In this document: positions 24,022 through 38,059 of the stretch, piece after piece
Layout of the letters: each line of letters begins with the position of its first letter
Position numbering within the stretch: position 1 is the first letter of the stretch
Assembly (NCBI RefSeq): GCF_006345805.1
Contig: NC_043012.1
Span: forward strand, 35,774,001 to 35,838,000
DNA: 64,000 nucleotides
DNA from: Octopus sinensis
Lineage: Eukaryota
Reading direction: 5' to 3'
Program-made: the position numbers and the translations under genes
The notes under the pieces: generated by a model
Told to the model about the DNA's origin: nothing
What the model saw: only the letters and a program-made list of their open reading frames with translations
Databases searched by the model: none

Positions 24022-24660
24022 GTAGTCTTATTTTCATTATGTGCTTTCACTGCACTACCGAGTGCAGCTCTGTGTGCCTTGGGTACGTGCTGTGCTTTGT
24101 TGTAGTGTTGCTATTTTCACTGTATTGAAAGTATTTTACGCAGGATGCATGCAGTGCCTAATGGTGCTATTTTCTGTATGTTATATTTATTCGTAAGTCC
24201 TGGTGTTTCTCTTATGTATTTGTCTGTATGTTTTTTTAATTATATTGTCATCTGTTGGGATTGATACATCAATTAGAAGACATTTTTTTTATGATCTCTG
24301 ACAACTATATCTGGTCTATTAGCCTTGATCTTTCTATTTCTGTGTTTTGGCATATCCCAGAGTATAATTGCTTTGTCATTTTCTGACATCTTTCCTGAGG
24401 TGTGCCTATGCCATCTTTTTTCTGTTATCATTCCATAGCGTTGGCATAGCTTCCAATGTATATAGCTCCCAATTCTGTCATGTCTGAGTATATTCCTTTT
24501 TAGCTGGGGCTGGGCAGTCAGAGACAATACGATTTATTGTTTCTTCCCCATCACCACATATTCTGCAGTTACTTATTGTATTTATCTTAAGTTTCAACAC
24601 ATTTGGTTCATCACAACAACTATACACAGGGAAATATTGTATTTTGTTGATTTTTGTGAG
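24022..24660 (-). mobile_element. R4/Dong-type LINE 3' end (CCHC knuckle, RLE domain, 3' UTR), frameshifted with internal deletion
   Basis: CRICGDGEETINRIVSDC..AKKEYT/RHDRIGSYIHWKLCQRY..ILWD..IKANRPDIVVRD..IDVSIPTDDNI..IQKIAPLGTACILRKILSIQ*, ending in (AAT)n. Confidence 0.88.
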
Positions 24661-24880
24661 GCCCACCTGACTGGCTCCTGTGCCGGTGGCTTATTAAAAG
24701 CACCCACTACACTCTCAGAGTGATTGGCATTAGGAAGGGCATCTAGCTGTAGAAACCTTGCCCGATCAGTTTGGAGCCTGGTGCAACCTTTTGCCAGTCC
24801 TCAGTCGAACTGTCCAACCCATGATAGCATGGAAAGCAGACGTTAAACAATGATGATGATGATGATGATGATGATGTTCA
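24655..24880 (+). mobile_element. Family C retroposon
   Basis: GGCATTAGGAAGGGCATCTAGCTGTAGAAACC..GGAAAGCAGACGTTAAAC(GAT)n. Confidence 0.9.
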
Positions 24881-25219
24881 TAGCATATCAATGGTTGTTA
24901 ATGAATACCCCCACCCAAACCCTACTTGTTCACATGTGTCAGGTTTCTGTTTAATTATTTGGTGACTCTGGCTGTTGTATTCTTAGGGAATAACTTAAAG
25001 GGCATTTAAAACATTTGGTCTTTTCTGCCCCCTTTATTCTGTGAAGTAGAATGAGTATCATATTATACCAACTTTAGGGAATTTGTTTCCCTTGGAATGA
25101 GCATTGAAGAGTTTGGTAAATTCGTCCAATATAATAGCTTTTACTGCATTTCTTTAAAAACATCAGGTGTGTTGTTTTGTCTCAAGGCTTTAAGTCTCTT
25201 CAGTTGTTTAACTATGAGT

Positions 25220-25562
25220 TCTACTAAATAATCATCGTCATTATCATCATCATCATCATCATCATCATCACCGTCATTGTCGTCATCATCATTATCATCA
25301 TAGTCACCATCATCATCACTAACATCATCATCATCATCATCATCGTTGTCATTGTCATCATCATTACTATCACCATTGTCATCATCATCATCATCATTGT
25401 TGCCATCATTGTCGTCATCATCATCATCATCATCATTGTCATTATCATCAGTCACCATCATCGTCATCACCATTATCATCATCAACAGCATCATTATCAT
25501 CATCGTTGTCGTTGTTGTCATCATCATCGTCATCATCATCATCATCATCATCATCATTGTCA
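25220..25562. repeat. Degenerate (CAT)n
   Basis: Direct reading. Confidence 0.95.
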
Positions 25563-26069
25563 ACATTTGTCTTCCATACTGACATGGATGCGACTGAGAC
25601 GTATTGTTTAATTTCTAGAACTTGTAACCTCAATTACTGTGTGATACCGCCTTCTGTTACTGGAATCGAACTCCTTTGGCAGAACTCCAGGCATTCCATG
25701 ATCCTAATTCATGTATTTTACGACCATTCCACTTTTGTCTTTTAACGTTTTCATTTGGGTTTTTCCATTCGTTATTTCTCAAACAATTCCTTTAATTCTT
25801 CTGTTCACCCTATTTCACTAACCACTGCAGCCCAATGTACTATAACGACTACTACGACCCAGTTTCCCTCTCCCCCCACCACCACACACTAAATCATCTT
25901 TTGCCACCACTGTAATTCTTACACCCTTGTTTCTCTACTCTAACCACACCCCTTTCTATGGTGCATCAATACTGCATCCTCCATTTACAAACTCCAAATA
26001 GAAAATTGCCTTTGGCAGTTTCTAGTTAAACATTCTGACATGCCCCGCTCAAAGCATTTACATATTCTT

Positions 26070-26184
26070 CAGCATGCCATATATATATCTATAGACACAC
26101 ACACATACATATATACATTCATATGTACACACACACACACACATACATTTATATATATAAAACCATGCTGCACAAAACACAGTG

Positions 26185-26257
<73 letters not shown>

Positions 26258-26288
26258 CAAACAATACTATACAATATGCAGTAATATA

Positions 26289-26343
<55 letters not shown>

Positions 26344-26812
26344 TACATACACATATATACAGGGTGGTCGCTAGAAAAGCTGAAAATTCGTGAAATGCTG
26401 ATATATGTTTCCACAAGATCTATTTGAGGTAAACGATAAGTGAAAAATTTTCCGCTTTTCTTGAAACCACCCTGTATGTATATATGTGATCATCATCATC
26501 ATTTACCAATCACTTTCCATGGTGATATGGGTTGGATTGTTTAACTGGATCTGGTGTACCTCAAGGTTGCATCAGGCTGCAATCTCATCTTTCGCATGGT
26601 TTCTATAGCCGGATGCCATTCCTAATGTCAACCACTTCACAGAGTGTAATTCTATATGTATATAACAAACAACACTATTTAATACAATGATATATATATA
26701 ATGTATATATATATATAACATACTGTGTAACAGTACAATGTATACATACATATATGTATGCATTTATGTGCATAAGTGTATATGTATGTATATATATGTG
26801 TATGCATGTACG

Positions 26813-26872
<60 letters not shown>

Positions 26873-27749
26873 AGTTAAGTACATATATTTATATATAAAT
26901 ATATCCATATACCAATAAGTATATATATATATGCATATATGTATGTGTGCATGTATATGCACATATATAAGTACACGCATATATATATATATATTATATA
27001 TATGTATGCATGTATATATGGTGTGTGTGTGTGTGTGTGTGTGTGAAAAACAACACCCAAAAAAGACAAGAAACTGTATACACCTACAGAGAGTATCAAT
27101 GAAATCATTGATTGACAAAAAGTAGCAAATCCCTAATTAATCAATTATATTTGTAATTTTAGTCCATAGCTTAATTGCTTTCGTTGCTATGTGCACCGCT
27201 TGGTTGCTTGGTAAGCATCATAGAATTAGTGTGAGCTGGAAAGTGTGAGAAATAAAAAAAAGATGTATATATATATATATGTGTGTGTGTGTATATATAT
27301 ATATATGTATATATATATATGCATATAGATATAAATAAATAAGTATAAACCTACCAGATACACCAAACTGACTTGACTATTCAATAAGCAAGAACTTGTT
27401 TTACCTTCTCACTCAACTACCTAGCGATGTACCCCACATGCATGTGTGGGATGTACATGCATAGCTGTGTGTGTATATGCTCATAAGACACACACACATA
27501 TATATGCATGTATGTATGTATGTGTGTATATATATATATATATATGTATGTATATAAGACATATATATATGTATATATGACATATATATATGTATATATA
27601 AAACATATATATATGTATACACATATGTGTGTATGTATATATATATATATAAGACACACATATATATATTTAACACATATATATATATGTTTATGTATAT
27701 AAGATACACACGTGCACACTCACATATATATATGACATATATATATATG

Positions 27750-27798
<49 letters not shown>

Positions 27799-27879
27799 AC
27801 ATACACACACACACACATATATATATACATACATACATATATGTATACACACATATATATATATATATATATATATGAA

Positions 27880-27910
<31 letters not shown>

Positions 27911-27960
27911 GAATATATGCATATATATGTATGTATATTTGCACACACACACACTGTTTA
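26070..27960. repeat. Compound (TA)/(CA)/(TACA) microsatellite field with small interruptions
   Basis: Direct reading; source of many IYIY/YIHT ORFs. Confidence 0.92.
26360..26474. mobile_element. 115-bp Tc1/mariner-type MITE
   Basis: TA|CAGGGTGGTCGCTAGAAAAGC ... GCTTTTCTTGAAACCACCCTG|TA. Confidence 0.8.
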
Positions 27961-28042
27961 TATACATTTACACTTTTATATACATATATATACGTATATC
28001 ATTCATATACATATACTCTTACATTCATATATATGAATTGAA

Positions 28043-28076
<34 letters not shown>

Positions 28077-28780
28077 TCACACACATGCATTTATGTAGAC
28101 ATAATCCATCAGTCCAAAAGTGAAAAAATAAAAAGTTTTCTCCATCTCTCTCTCTCTCCTGTCCCTTCATTCTCTCTCTCTGTCTATCTCTTTCTCTCTC
28201 TCTCTCTCTCTCTCTCCTGTCCCTTCATTCTCTCTCTCTGTCTATCTCTTTCTCTCTCTCTCTATCTCTCTCTCTCTCTCTGTATATAGGGAATGTGGGA
28301 TAAATGATGTAGAGGCTTCTAAAATCGAATTAACAACTTCCCTTGACAAAAGCAGCGCAACAACGACAACAACAATAGTAACACTGTTCTTCTTAATAAT
28401 AGTAATAATAGTAATAAAAGCAACCGCTCCACCCCCGCCTTCTGCATCTCCTGAAAAAGAAAAGAAAAAGAAGAAAAACAAGCAAGGTTAGCATGAATAG
28501 ATTTCAACAGGTAAACAGTGTAGTGTGAAGTTGTTTAGGCGGCAGAATAACAGAATCGATTTTATTGAGTGTTTCATTGAATGTATCGCGTATTGGGTCA
28601 TAGCAATCCTTCATAGAAGCTTGCTTTACAAACCCTTTGTTCACTGGTCGCATGTGATGGTCGTTGTTGGTCACTATTTGTAGCTCTAAGCCTTTACCAA
28701 GTGCTAACTATTGCTGACTATTGACTTTATCAACTACACAATTTTCGTTTTGGTTTCTATGGCAGTGGTATTTGGCTGCT

Positions 28781-28973
28781 TGTGAAGGCATGTGGCTTAG
28801 CGGTTGGGGTAATCGGCTCATGATCTTTAGGTCATGGGTTCAATTCCTGACAGCACATTGTGACCTTCAGCAAGACAATTTATTTCACATTGCTCCAGTT
28901 CACTCTGATGGCAGAAATGAGTACCTGTAATTCAAAGGGGTCAGTCTTGTCATTCCCTTTGTCATGCTGAATC
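28781..28973 (+). mobile_element. SINE family F, 5' part
   Basis: A box TGGCTTAGCGG, B box GGTTCAATTCC, body CAAGACAATTTATTTCACATTGCTCCAG. Confidence 0.85.
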
Positions 28974-28974
28974 A

Positions 28975-29150
28975 TCATCATCATCATCATCGTTTAACGT
29001 CTGTTTTCCATGCTGGCATAGGTTGGACGGTTTGACTGGGGACTGGCAAGCCAGTAGGCTGCAGCAGGCTCCAATCTGATCTGGCAAGGTTTCTACAGCT
29101 GGAAGCCCTTCCTAACACCAACCACCCTGAGAGTGTAGTGGGTGCTTTAT
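28975..29150 (-). mobile_element. Family C retroposon
   Basis: (CAT)nCGTTTAACGTCTGTTTTCCATGCTGGCATAGGTTGG. Confidence 0.88.
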
Positions 29151-29154
29151 CTTT

Positions 29155-29570
29155 TCACTTTTATTTGTTTTAGTAATTAGACTGTGGCCATGCTGGGGCA
29201 CTGCATAGAAGAAATTTTCATAGTCAAATTAATTGAAACCAGTGCTTGCATTTTATAAGTCTTGTTCTTATTCTGTCAGTCTCTTTTGCCGAACTGCTAT
29301 GTTATGGGGATGTAAATACACCAACACCAGTTGTCAAGCAGTAGTTGAGAACAAAGACACACACAGAGACACACAGAGACACACATGTACATGTATATAT
29401 TTACATGATGGGTGCCATTCATTTTCTGTCAAACAAATCCATCACAAGGCTTTGGCCAGCCTGGGGATACAGTAGATGGCACTTGCCCAAGGTGTCAGAC
29501 ACTAGGACTGAACTCAATACTCTGTAATTGGGGAGCAAACTTCTTACCACACAGCCACGCCCTCACCTAT
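29155..29570 (-). mobile_element. SINE family B
   Basis: Matches other copies. Confidence 0.82.
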
Positions 29571-30517
29571 ACAAACCCTATAATAATAGATCACCATTAT
29601 CCAGTCTCACAAATCAAGAATCTACAGACATCTTGTATCGAGTGTCACAAATCTTATAAATTAGTTGATGTCCAATATCTTCTGTCCTCAATTTCACAAT
29701 AAATGTCTATCCTTTTCTATAAAGTAACCGGCACCCTCCAGCCCTACAACCCCATTTAACATGCTACCCATTATTTCAGCCCTCAGTACCATAGTTTATA
29801 ATAAGAATCAATACCATTCCATTGTTTAATCTCTTATAACACTATTGAGCTAATACTCCATACATTATCACACCAGCAACCCCATCTGCCCATAATGATA
29901 GCCTCTAGAAGTGTTATCTCTACTGACAACTGGGCCGTGCCTGGTTCAGCAAAATCCAGTGAATTTAGTCCATATTGGAGAGACTGCTTGCTGGCTACGG
30001 TGATAAAAATCACAAGTTATTATATATTGATCTTATAAACTTCCCCTTCTGTTATCTGTCTTCTATCGGTTAGAGTGAGGTCACTCAGTGAGCTATTTTA
30101 TTGCAGTTTTAACAAGTAAGATAATTGAATCAAGGCTATAATTTCTACCCAGTAAGTTAATCCATGCCAGAGAATTTGGCAGTAATACTCACCATTGTAT
30201 TAACTGTGTGTCGCCCTCTCTCTCTCTCTCTCTCTTTCTTAGAGGGAGAACAATTATTGACTTGTAAAAGGAAGCTGTTGATGTTTATTTCAAACCCATC
30301 CTATCAATACTTTAATAGATCAATCAATCTATCAATAAAGACACTACGATAAATGAACTAGAAGAGAAGAAGCGAAACACCAGCAAACACACCAAAAACA
30401 AGCAACCGATAACAATGATAATAATAATAATAATGATAATAATAATAATAATAATAGTAATAATAATAATAATAATAACGATGGTGATAATGATGATGAT
30501 GATGATGATGGTGATGG

Positions 30518-30560
<43 letters not shown>

Positions 30561-30849
30561 AAACTAAATAAACATGAACTCTACTTGCAGCTTCCTCTCC
30601 CAGTTGTGCAAACTTTGTCTTTTTCTCGCAGCCGTAATCATAAAGCCATAAAATTCGCTATTTCTCTGTTGGCAGCCATGTTTGTATGTGAAATTTTCTC
30701 AAAATCTCACATCTAATCATTGTTTGCAAACCTTGTGTCACATATTCAGTGTTGAGGGTTAATGGTTATGGCTAAGGTCAGGGTGAGGTTTTGGGGGCAG
30801 GGTTATAGTTACCGACTGACAGTGTCGCATTCTCTGGGGGGATTATTAG

Positions 30850-31080
30850 CATCGTTATTGGCAGAATTGTTTGAACATCAGAGAAAATGCCTTGTGACAT
30901 TTGTTCTTGCTCCGAGTTCAAATCCTATCAAGGTCAAGCCTTGCCATTCAGTTTTTTTTTTTTGTTGATTTTTTTTGAGTGTCAATAAAATAAAGTACCA
31001 GTTAAGCATGAGACTGAACGGCATCTACAAACACCCTCCCCTCAAAATAGCTGGCCTTGTAACCTACATCAGAAACCATT
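30850..31080 (+). mobile_element. SINE family A
   Basis: GGCAGAATTGTT..GAGTTCAAATCC..AAAGTACCAGTTAAGCA. Confidence 0.75.
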
Positions 31081-31399
31081 AGCATATAACACTGTTTCAT
31101 TATATTTATATCAGTGATTGAAAAACTGCTGTTGTTGTTGTTGTTGAGACCCATGATCAAAGTCAATCCAGACATGATCATCTCATCTTTCAGTGGTGGT
31201 GGGATGACTATCTAGGGTTGTATTATTCTAATAATCTACTCCCTTTCATTAAGATGGTTGTGTGTGATTTGAAAAAGAGTAAGAGAAAGATTTTGCTACT
31301 ATTTCTAGCAGATGAAGCAACCACATAGAAACACAATCCTAATGGAGAATTAACGAATTAATGTGTAATTGATGCATAATTAAGGAATTAATGAATTAT

Positions 31400-31625
31400 G
31401 AGTTATATGTCAAACATGTCTCTAGGCCTAAATAAACATCTTTCCCTCGTCAGCTTATCACCATGAAATTGTACGAAGTAGATTAAGTGAAACCTATCTT
31501 CTGGGATGACATGACAAACTACTGTAGGCAACATTCTCAGATATGTAATTGCCTGTCAAAGAGTGGCGGCACATTGAAGTAGGTGGAGGAGCTCAGGTTG
31601 TGCCTCTTCATAAGTGTTTCAGTTG
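31400..31625 (-). mobile_element. Possible Penelope-like element 3' end with decayed hammerhead
   Basis: ETLMKRHNLSSSTYFNVPPLFDRQL resembles GIY-YIG C-termini; followed by CTGACGA-GGG..CCTA-GAGAC-ATGT-T (GAAA mutated). Confidence 0.4.
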
Positions 31626-31639
31626 TTTTGACCAACAGA

Positions 31640-31875
31640 ACCTCCTACTTAACTCTACATAGGTATTTCAAATTTTTGCCACAAGGGCAGCTTGGGGGAA
31701 ATGGGGATAAAGCGATTACTTTGACCCCAGTGTTCAACTGGTACTTATTTTATTGACCCCAAAAGGATGAAGGGCACAGTCAACCTCAGCAGAATTTGAA
31801 CTCAGAACGTAGCAGCAGACGAAATACTGCTCAGCGTTTCACCAGGTGTGCTAATGATTCTACCAGCTCACCACC
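31640..31875 (-). mobile_element. SINE family A
   Basis: Full reverse complement copy. Confidence 0.88.
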
Positions 31876-31965
31876 TTATTTAATTCTATATAATAACAGT
31901 TGATATAAATGTGCATTATTTGGTTGGCTTATTTCTCCAGTCATGCTTCACATTGTGTAGAGAGA

Positions 31966-32012
<47 letters not shown>

Positions 32013-32974
32013 AAAAAGAGATATAGAGGGAGTTGACATAAGAAGTTGAAGTTGAGAAAGAAACCTTGAAATTGAATGCCCCCCCCCCATTCTCACACAC
32101 GTACGCACACATATTTTTCACTTACACACTTCATAACTTCAGTTTAATTAGAAGGATAAACTTGTCAAACATTTGGTTGAGGGAGGTAAAAAGCAACAGG
32201 TTTACATAGCCACGTCTGTATGTGTAACTGCATGCACACACACCACACACACACACACACACACACCACACATGTATGCACGTTATCATCCTGATCTTTC
32301 AATGTCTGTTTTCCATGCTGGCATAGGTTGGATGGTTTGACCTGAGCTGGCAAGCTGCACCAGGTTCTAGTTTGATTTGACTTGGTCCCTGTAGCTTGGT
32401 CAATAAAATGCGTCAAGATTTGGATTCAGTGTAATCAACTAATCCCCTCCCCTCAAAATTGTTAGCCTTGTGCCTAAATCAGAAACCATTATAATACAGT
32501 GGTTGAGTATTCCAAAGTCAAGTACTAGTTAGACAAGAAAATAGGTTTTCTATTTTAAGAATTCTTTCAAAGACCAATAACTATTGCAACAACAACAACA
32601 ACAACAAACAACAATAATAACTACAACAACAACAACATCAGCAGCAGCAGTTGAAGCTGCAGCCATACAACTGCAAGATAACCGTTTGTGTCTCCATATG
32701 TTTGGCAGTCAGACTGTGCAGACTGTGCAATGTTGTGCAGGTCTGTGCTGCTGGCTGCATGTGTGGCTGTGAGACCAGACCTAACGTCTCTCATTTCAAC
32801 ACTTTGTGCGGTGTGAGAGATGCATCAGTGATCACAGAATGATCAAAGCCGAATCATTCCACAGAATAAACTCATTTAACCAATTCTTTCTGCAATCATT
32901 TGTTTTCCTGCAAGCAGGAATGTTCTGGAAGGTGCACAGGTGGGGTAAGAGGAACAGGAGGACTAAGTTAAAAG

Positions 32975-33290
32975 CCACACACACCACACACACACACACC
33001 ACACTCACACACACGCATACACACACACATACACACATGCACATTCACACACATTCACTCACATTCACTCACATGCACACACACATGCATACACTCTCAC
33101 ATTCATACACATACTCACACACACACATGCACACACACGCACACACATGCATGCACACACACACTCATACACACACATATACACATGCACTCATACACAC
33201 ACATACATGCACACACCCTCACATTCACATACATACACACACATGCACACACACACTCACACACATACATGCGTGTACTCACACACACAT
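32975..33290. repeat. Degenerate (CA)n
   Basis: Direct reading. Confidence 0.95.
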
Positions 33291-33646
33291 GTATGAGGAT
33301 GGTGAGGGAATAATAATTGGTCAACATATAGGACCACTGAACCATCTCACAACAACAGCCAACCAAATGTTTTGTTTAGAATTCCAATTTCTAACACTTT
33401 TGGAAGAAGATGAGTTACAGTGGCTCTCCAGTTAGAGTGTTGGATTGGCTATATGGAGCATTTACTGGGTTCCACACCAAACTTCTTAACGTACAGATGA
33501 GTTCTGTTAGTATGTTCAGGTTGTCCATACAACACTGCTGTGTTGGTTTCTGTTACATATAGCTATACATACATACATACATACACACATACATACATAC
33601 ATACATACATACACACATACATACATACATACACACATACATACAC

Positions 33647-33689
<43 letters not shown>

Positions 33690-33714
33690 TATATATATAT
33701 ACATATATGTATAG

Positions 33715-33820
33715 TTAATCCAAACATGAAAACACAAAGAGAAAACACAACAACGCGAGGACGTGGAACAAGTATAGTATTATTGGACGCTCAGGAAAGA
33801 AAGAAAGAAGGAGAGTTTAT
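33715..33820 (-). mobile_element. Short unit in (TA)n related to the hammerhead-bearing unit at 52835-53025; ribozyme core missing
   Basis: Reverse complement TTCCTGAGCGTCCAATAATAC..TTGTT resembles TTCCTGAGCGCCATGCTAATAC at 52940. Confidence 0.5.
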
Positions 33821-34487
33821 ATATATAAATGTATATATATTTTTTTCAATGTGTACAAATAACAAGGAAAAATTAAATAAATAGTTACCAGTGTAGCAAA
33901 AATTCACATAAGTACCAAGGATATTACAGCCTAGTTATAAAGGTAGAAATTCCAGGGTTAAGTGAAATGTATTTATATAACATAGATAAATTAAGAAATG
34001 GAGTCAAATGTAGGTGTTATTCAAATCTTTATACTTCCAACATATGTTTCAGAAAAAAGCATTGAGATTATTCTGGAGGGAATAAAAATGATGTAAAACA
34101 ATGCAATCATTGTTTCAGTATTATTTCTAAATCTCTCAAAGAGAGACATACAAAAACATTTCTTTCTTTAAAGAAAAATTTAATTGCCAACATAATATGG
34201 CTGTCCTGTAAGGGACATTGTTACTGTTTATTAGCCCCAAGAAACATCCTTTCTAGCTGGCTATACAACACATTATCAGTGTCCTTATATTTTTGAACTG
34301 GGAATTCAGCATCCCTGCCCCAGCACAAAACAACATCTGTGGACTGGTTTCAGGGTTATTGCTCTTTATCAACACAGAGTAGATGCTTGGCTAGATGGCA
34401 TTCAAACATAGATTTCAATATGACACACAGCTACTGATCTATAAATAGAAACAGTATTATTTCTAAATCTCTCAGAAACTTTACTAT

Positions 34488-34574
<87 letters not shown>

Positions 34575-35116
34575 TTTCTTTGTTTATTGCATAAGCAGTA
34601 GTCAGAATTTCTCAGGTTTAGGAGAATTTTCATATAGGTTCAGCAATTTAATTTTCAATTATATTCTGCCATAGATCAATGCACATCAGTCTTTAAAACA
34701 TACCAATGTATCAGTCGTTAAAATATTAACGAATATTAAAAACTCATGAATGCACAAATATATAATAATCTAATACACATATATAAATAGATGAATGTAA
34801 AATAGGTAGAACAGCATTGTAAAAATTGTTAAGAATAAAAGTATGACCTTACAAAAAGGTGAATAAAGTAAAGTCTTCCAAAGAGTGAATAAAAGAACAT
34901 TGTAGCATTGAGGTCTCTCTCTCTCTCTCTCTCTCTCACCCTCCCTCCCACTCTCTCTCTCTCTCTCTATATATATATCATCATCATCATCATCATTTAA
35001 CATCCGCTTTCCATGCTAGCATGGGTTGGACGGTTCAACTGGGGTCTGGGGAGCCCGAAAGCTGCACCAGTCCAGTCAGATCTGGCAGTATATATATATA
35101 TATATATATATATAGA

Positions 35117-35335
35117 TATATGAATTTTTTGTGTAAAGAGATAAAAAAACCAAGGCTGTATAGATATTAGAGCATTTATAAATAGAAGGTCTTACAGCTG
35201 TTTCTAGAATATTAATTAATAATAATATCCCTTCATCAGAGACGGTGTGAGAGGAAAAGTTAAGTCATAGTTAGTTTGGTCTGTCTATAGCACTTATTCA
35301 ACACTTTGGGTCTCAATGACACCATTATCTCTTAT
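35117..35335 (-). mobile_element. ~220-bp non-coding unit between (TA)n arrays carrying an intact hammerhead
   Basis: Unique sequence bounded by TA repeats on both sides. Confidence 0.6.
35188..35243 (-). ncRNA. Type I minimal hammerhead ribozyme motif with palindromic stem III
   Basis: GUCU-CUGAUGA-A-GGGAUAUUA..UAAUAUUCU-A-GAAAC-AGCU-GUA/AGAC; predicted cleavage between 35193 and 35192. Confidence 0.75.
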
Positions 35336-35693
35336 ATATATATATACATGTATGTATGTATGTATATGATGTGGCAATGCTTCAACAAGTAAAAGCTCTC
35401 AATCAGCTGAGAGAGTAAAAATAATCTTAAAAAGAAGAATCACAAATCTTGTAAATACAGCTACCCAGGGTTTCCTGGTTGAAATAATAATTTATTCTGC
35501 CATTTATCAAGCTGAAAACAAGACTGTTTATCAGTTGTCGGTTGAGCAGATAACGTTTAAACAAGAGAGGCTTGTAAAGAAGAAAGCAAAAGGGAAAAAC
35601 CTCATTCCTTGTCTTTGTGTATTCATTGTGTTTAAAATATGTTCAGTGTGTATATATATGTACACACATACATATATGTTTGTATGTATATGT

Positions 35694-35750
<57 letters not shown>

Positions 35751-36369
35751 TACATACACACACATATATGTGTATGTATGTGTGTGTGTATGCCTACATG
35801 TATGTATGTATACAGATTTCCAGTATTGAGTACTCTCTTTCCTTTTTATTTACACTCAAATGCTTACATATGTATACATACACACACACTCATGTACTTA
35901 CACACATATGTGTGAATGTGCACACATATGCCTCTGTGTATGTGTGTACAAGTACACATGTGTGTGTGTGTGTATGTACATATGCAAGGAACACTTTACG
36001 TTTAAGAAGTGCTTCAACTGTTATTGTTGGCTGTTATCGTGTAGTGGTTAGGATTAAGATTAAGCCTAAAAGATAATGTTTAATCCCTCCTTAAATATTG
36101 CCCTGAACCCACTTTCAAAACAAACAAATTTAAAGCCCAAATAATAATGAAGATAATCATGATAATAATAAGGATGGTGATGATGATGATGACGATGATG
36201 ATGATGATGATGATGATGGTGATGATTATAATAATAATATCTAATGTTTGAATTATAAAATAACAATTTGATGATGAGGGTCTCATTTGATATTGTGAGT
36301 GTGTATATAACTTGGCAGGGGTATATATTAGGTGTGTATACCATGGTGGTACACTATTGTATGTACAAT

Positions 36370-36870
36370 CTTTTATTCTTTCACTTGTTTCAGTCATTTG
36401 ACTGCAGCCATGCTGGAGCATTGCCTTGAACAGTTTTTAGTTGAACAAATCAACCCCTGCCCTCCACAGGACTTAATTTTTGAGCCTAGTACTTACTCTA
36501 TTAGTCTCTTTTGCCAAACCGCCAAGTTACAAGGGAGGGATGTGAACACACCAGCACCAGTTATCAAGCAGTGATGGGGAGGAGGGGAACAGATGTAGAC
36601 ACAAAGACACACACATGGATACATACACACTCACATACACACATACATACATGCATACATACATACATACTTATGTATGTATGTACGTACGTATGTATGT
36701 ATATATGTATGTACAACAGGCTTCTTTCAGTTTCCATCTACCAAATTGACTCACAAGGCTTCAATTGGCCTGAGGCTATAGTTGAAGACACTTGCCCAAG
36801 CTGCCATACAGTGGGACTGAACCTGGAACCATCTTGTTGGTAAACAAGCTACTTACCACACAGCCATGCC
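36370..36870 (-). mobile_element. SINE family B, full length with expanded (TACA)n core
   Basis: Matches other copies. Confidence 0.9.
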
Positions 36871-37915
36871 TGCAACTTGTGTATAGTTGTCGTAAGAGCT
36901 ACTTAACTTTAGAAACTGTTATGTCCCTTGTAGCCTCTTAGGGTACCATACCAGTAATACTTGTGGATGACATTCATTCATCTGTTAGTGTCCGTTTTAC
37001 CATGTTAATAAATTTCTCGACAAAGATTTATTTGTGGTGGGATTTTTGATTGGACGCTCTTCCTGTCACCAACCCTTATCTTTTTCTCAAGTGAACGATG
37101 TCTTTATTCCACAGGTCTTTGTAAGGAGCACTCATAAAGGTCAACAAAGAGTATCCCCATTAGCAATCAGTACTACTTTGAGCATAGAATATATAAGTCT
37201 GGATGTATACACAATATGTGTGCACACACACACGTGCACACACACACACACCCACACACATACCTATACATATATACGCATCAGAGTCCGATGAAAGGTG
37301 CATAATCAAAACTTCAAAGTAACTATCATTCCTTGTAAAATTATATTAAATACATACACACACATATATGTATGCATGTATGTATGTGTGTATGTATGTA
37401 CATACATGTGTGCGTACATACATGGAAAGCAGACATTAACGACGACGATGATGATGATGATGATATATATATATGTATATATATAGGCTGAAACAGCTGT
37501 AAGAAGTAATTTTTAAGTTAAGTTAAGTTAATTTCTGGATTTCAATAATTTATAATATGACTTTTAAAATCTGTATTTGTATTATTATTATCTTATCTAT
37601 TGATTTATATAATATTCTTGTATGCTTTTGATGTTCTCATTTGTAAAATGAATAAATAATCCAACATTATAATATCCATATGTTGATGAATAAACTGAAT
37701 TGGTTTCTCCATTTTCTTATTTGTATCATATATATATATATAGGTTAGTTGAGTTAGAGGGTAAAATAACCGTCTAAGGGATAGAAGTATCCTTTATTCT
37801 ACGGTATGGGTATATTACCTATGTTTAACCATGGGCATACATATGCAGGCATATTATGCTCATAAGTTATAGGTGAAGACAAGAGTAAACATGGGTTTAT
37901 CAAGAATCAAAATTT

Positions 37916-38059
37916 AAAGAAGACAGAAAATGGAGAAATATCGATGAACAACAATTTACTTACATCAATTATTATTATAAATAATGATTGAATGAATAAA
38001 TAATAACTGATGTAAGTCAATTGTTGTTCATCAATATTTCTCCATTTTCTGTTTTCTTT
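37916..38059. repeat. Near-perfect hairpin, 61-bp arms, 22-nt loop
   Basis: 37916-37976 versus 37999-38059, 4 mismatches by eye; TA at both outer ends. Confidence 0.9.

Noticed and set aside
25600-25790. LKDKSG motif suggesting an RTE/L2 linker on minus
   Set aside because: One short motif among many stops.
27163-27210. 48-nt + exon candidate HSLIAFVAMCTAWLL with canonical sites
   Set aside because: Short enough to occur by chance; no homology clue.
28277-28486. Signal-peptide-like MQKAGVERLLLL on minus and an alternative + frame
   Set aside because: Hydrophobic runs come from (TTA)/(TTG) repeats; no good donor on either strand.
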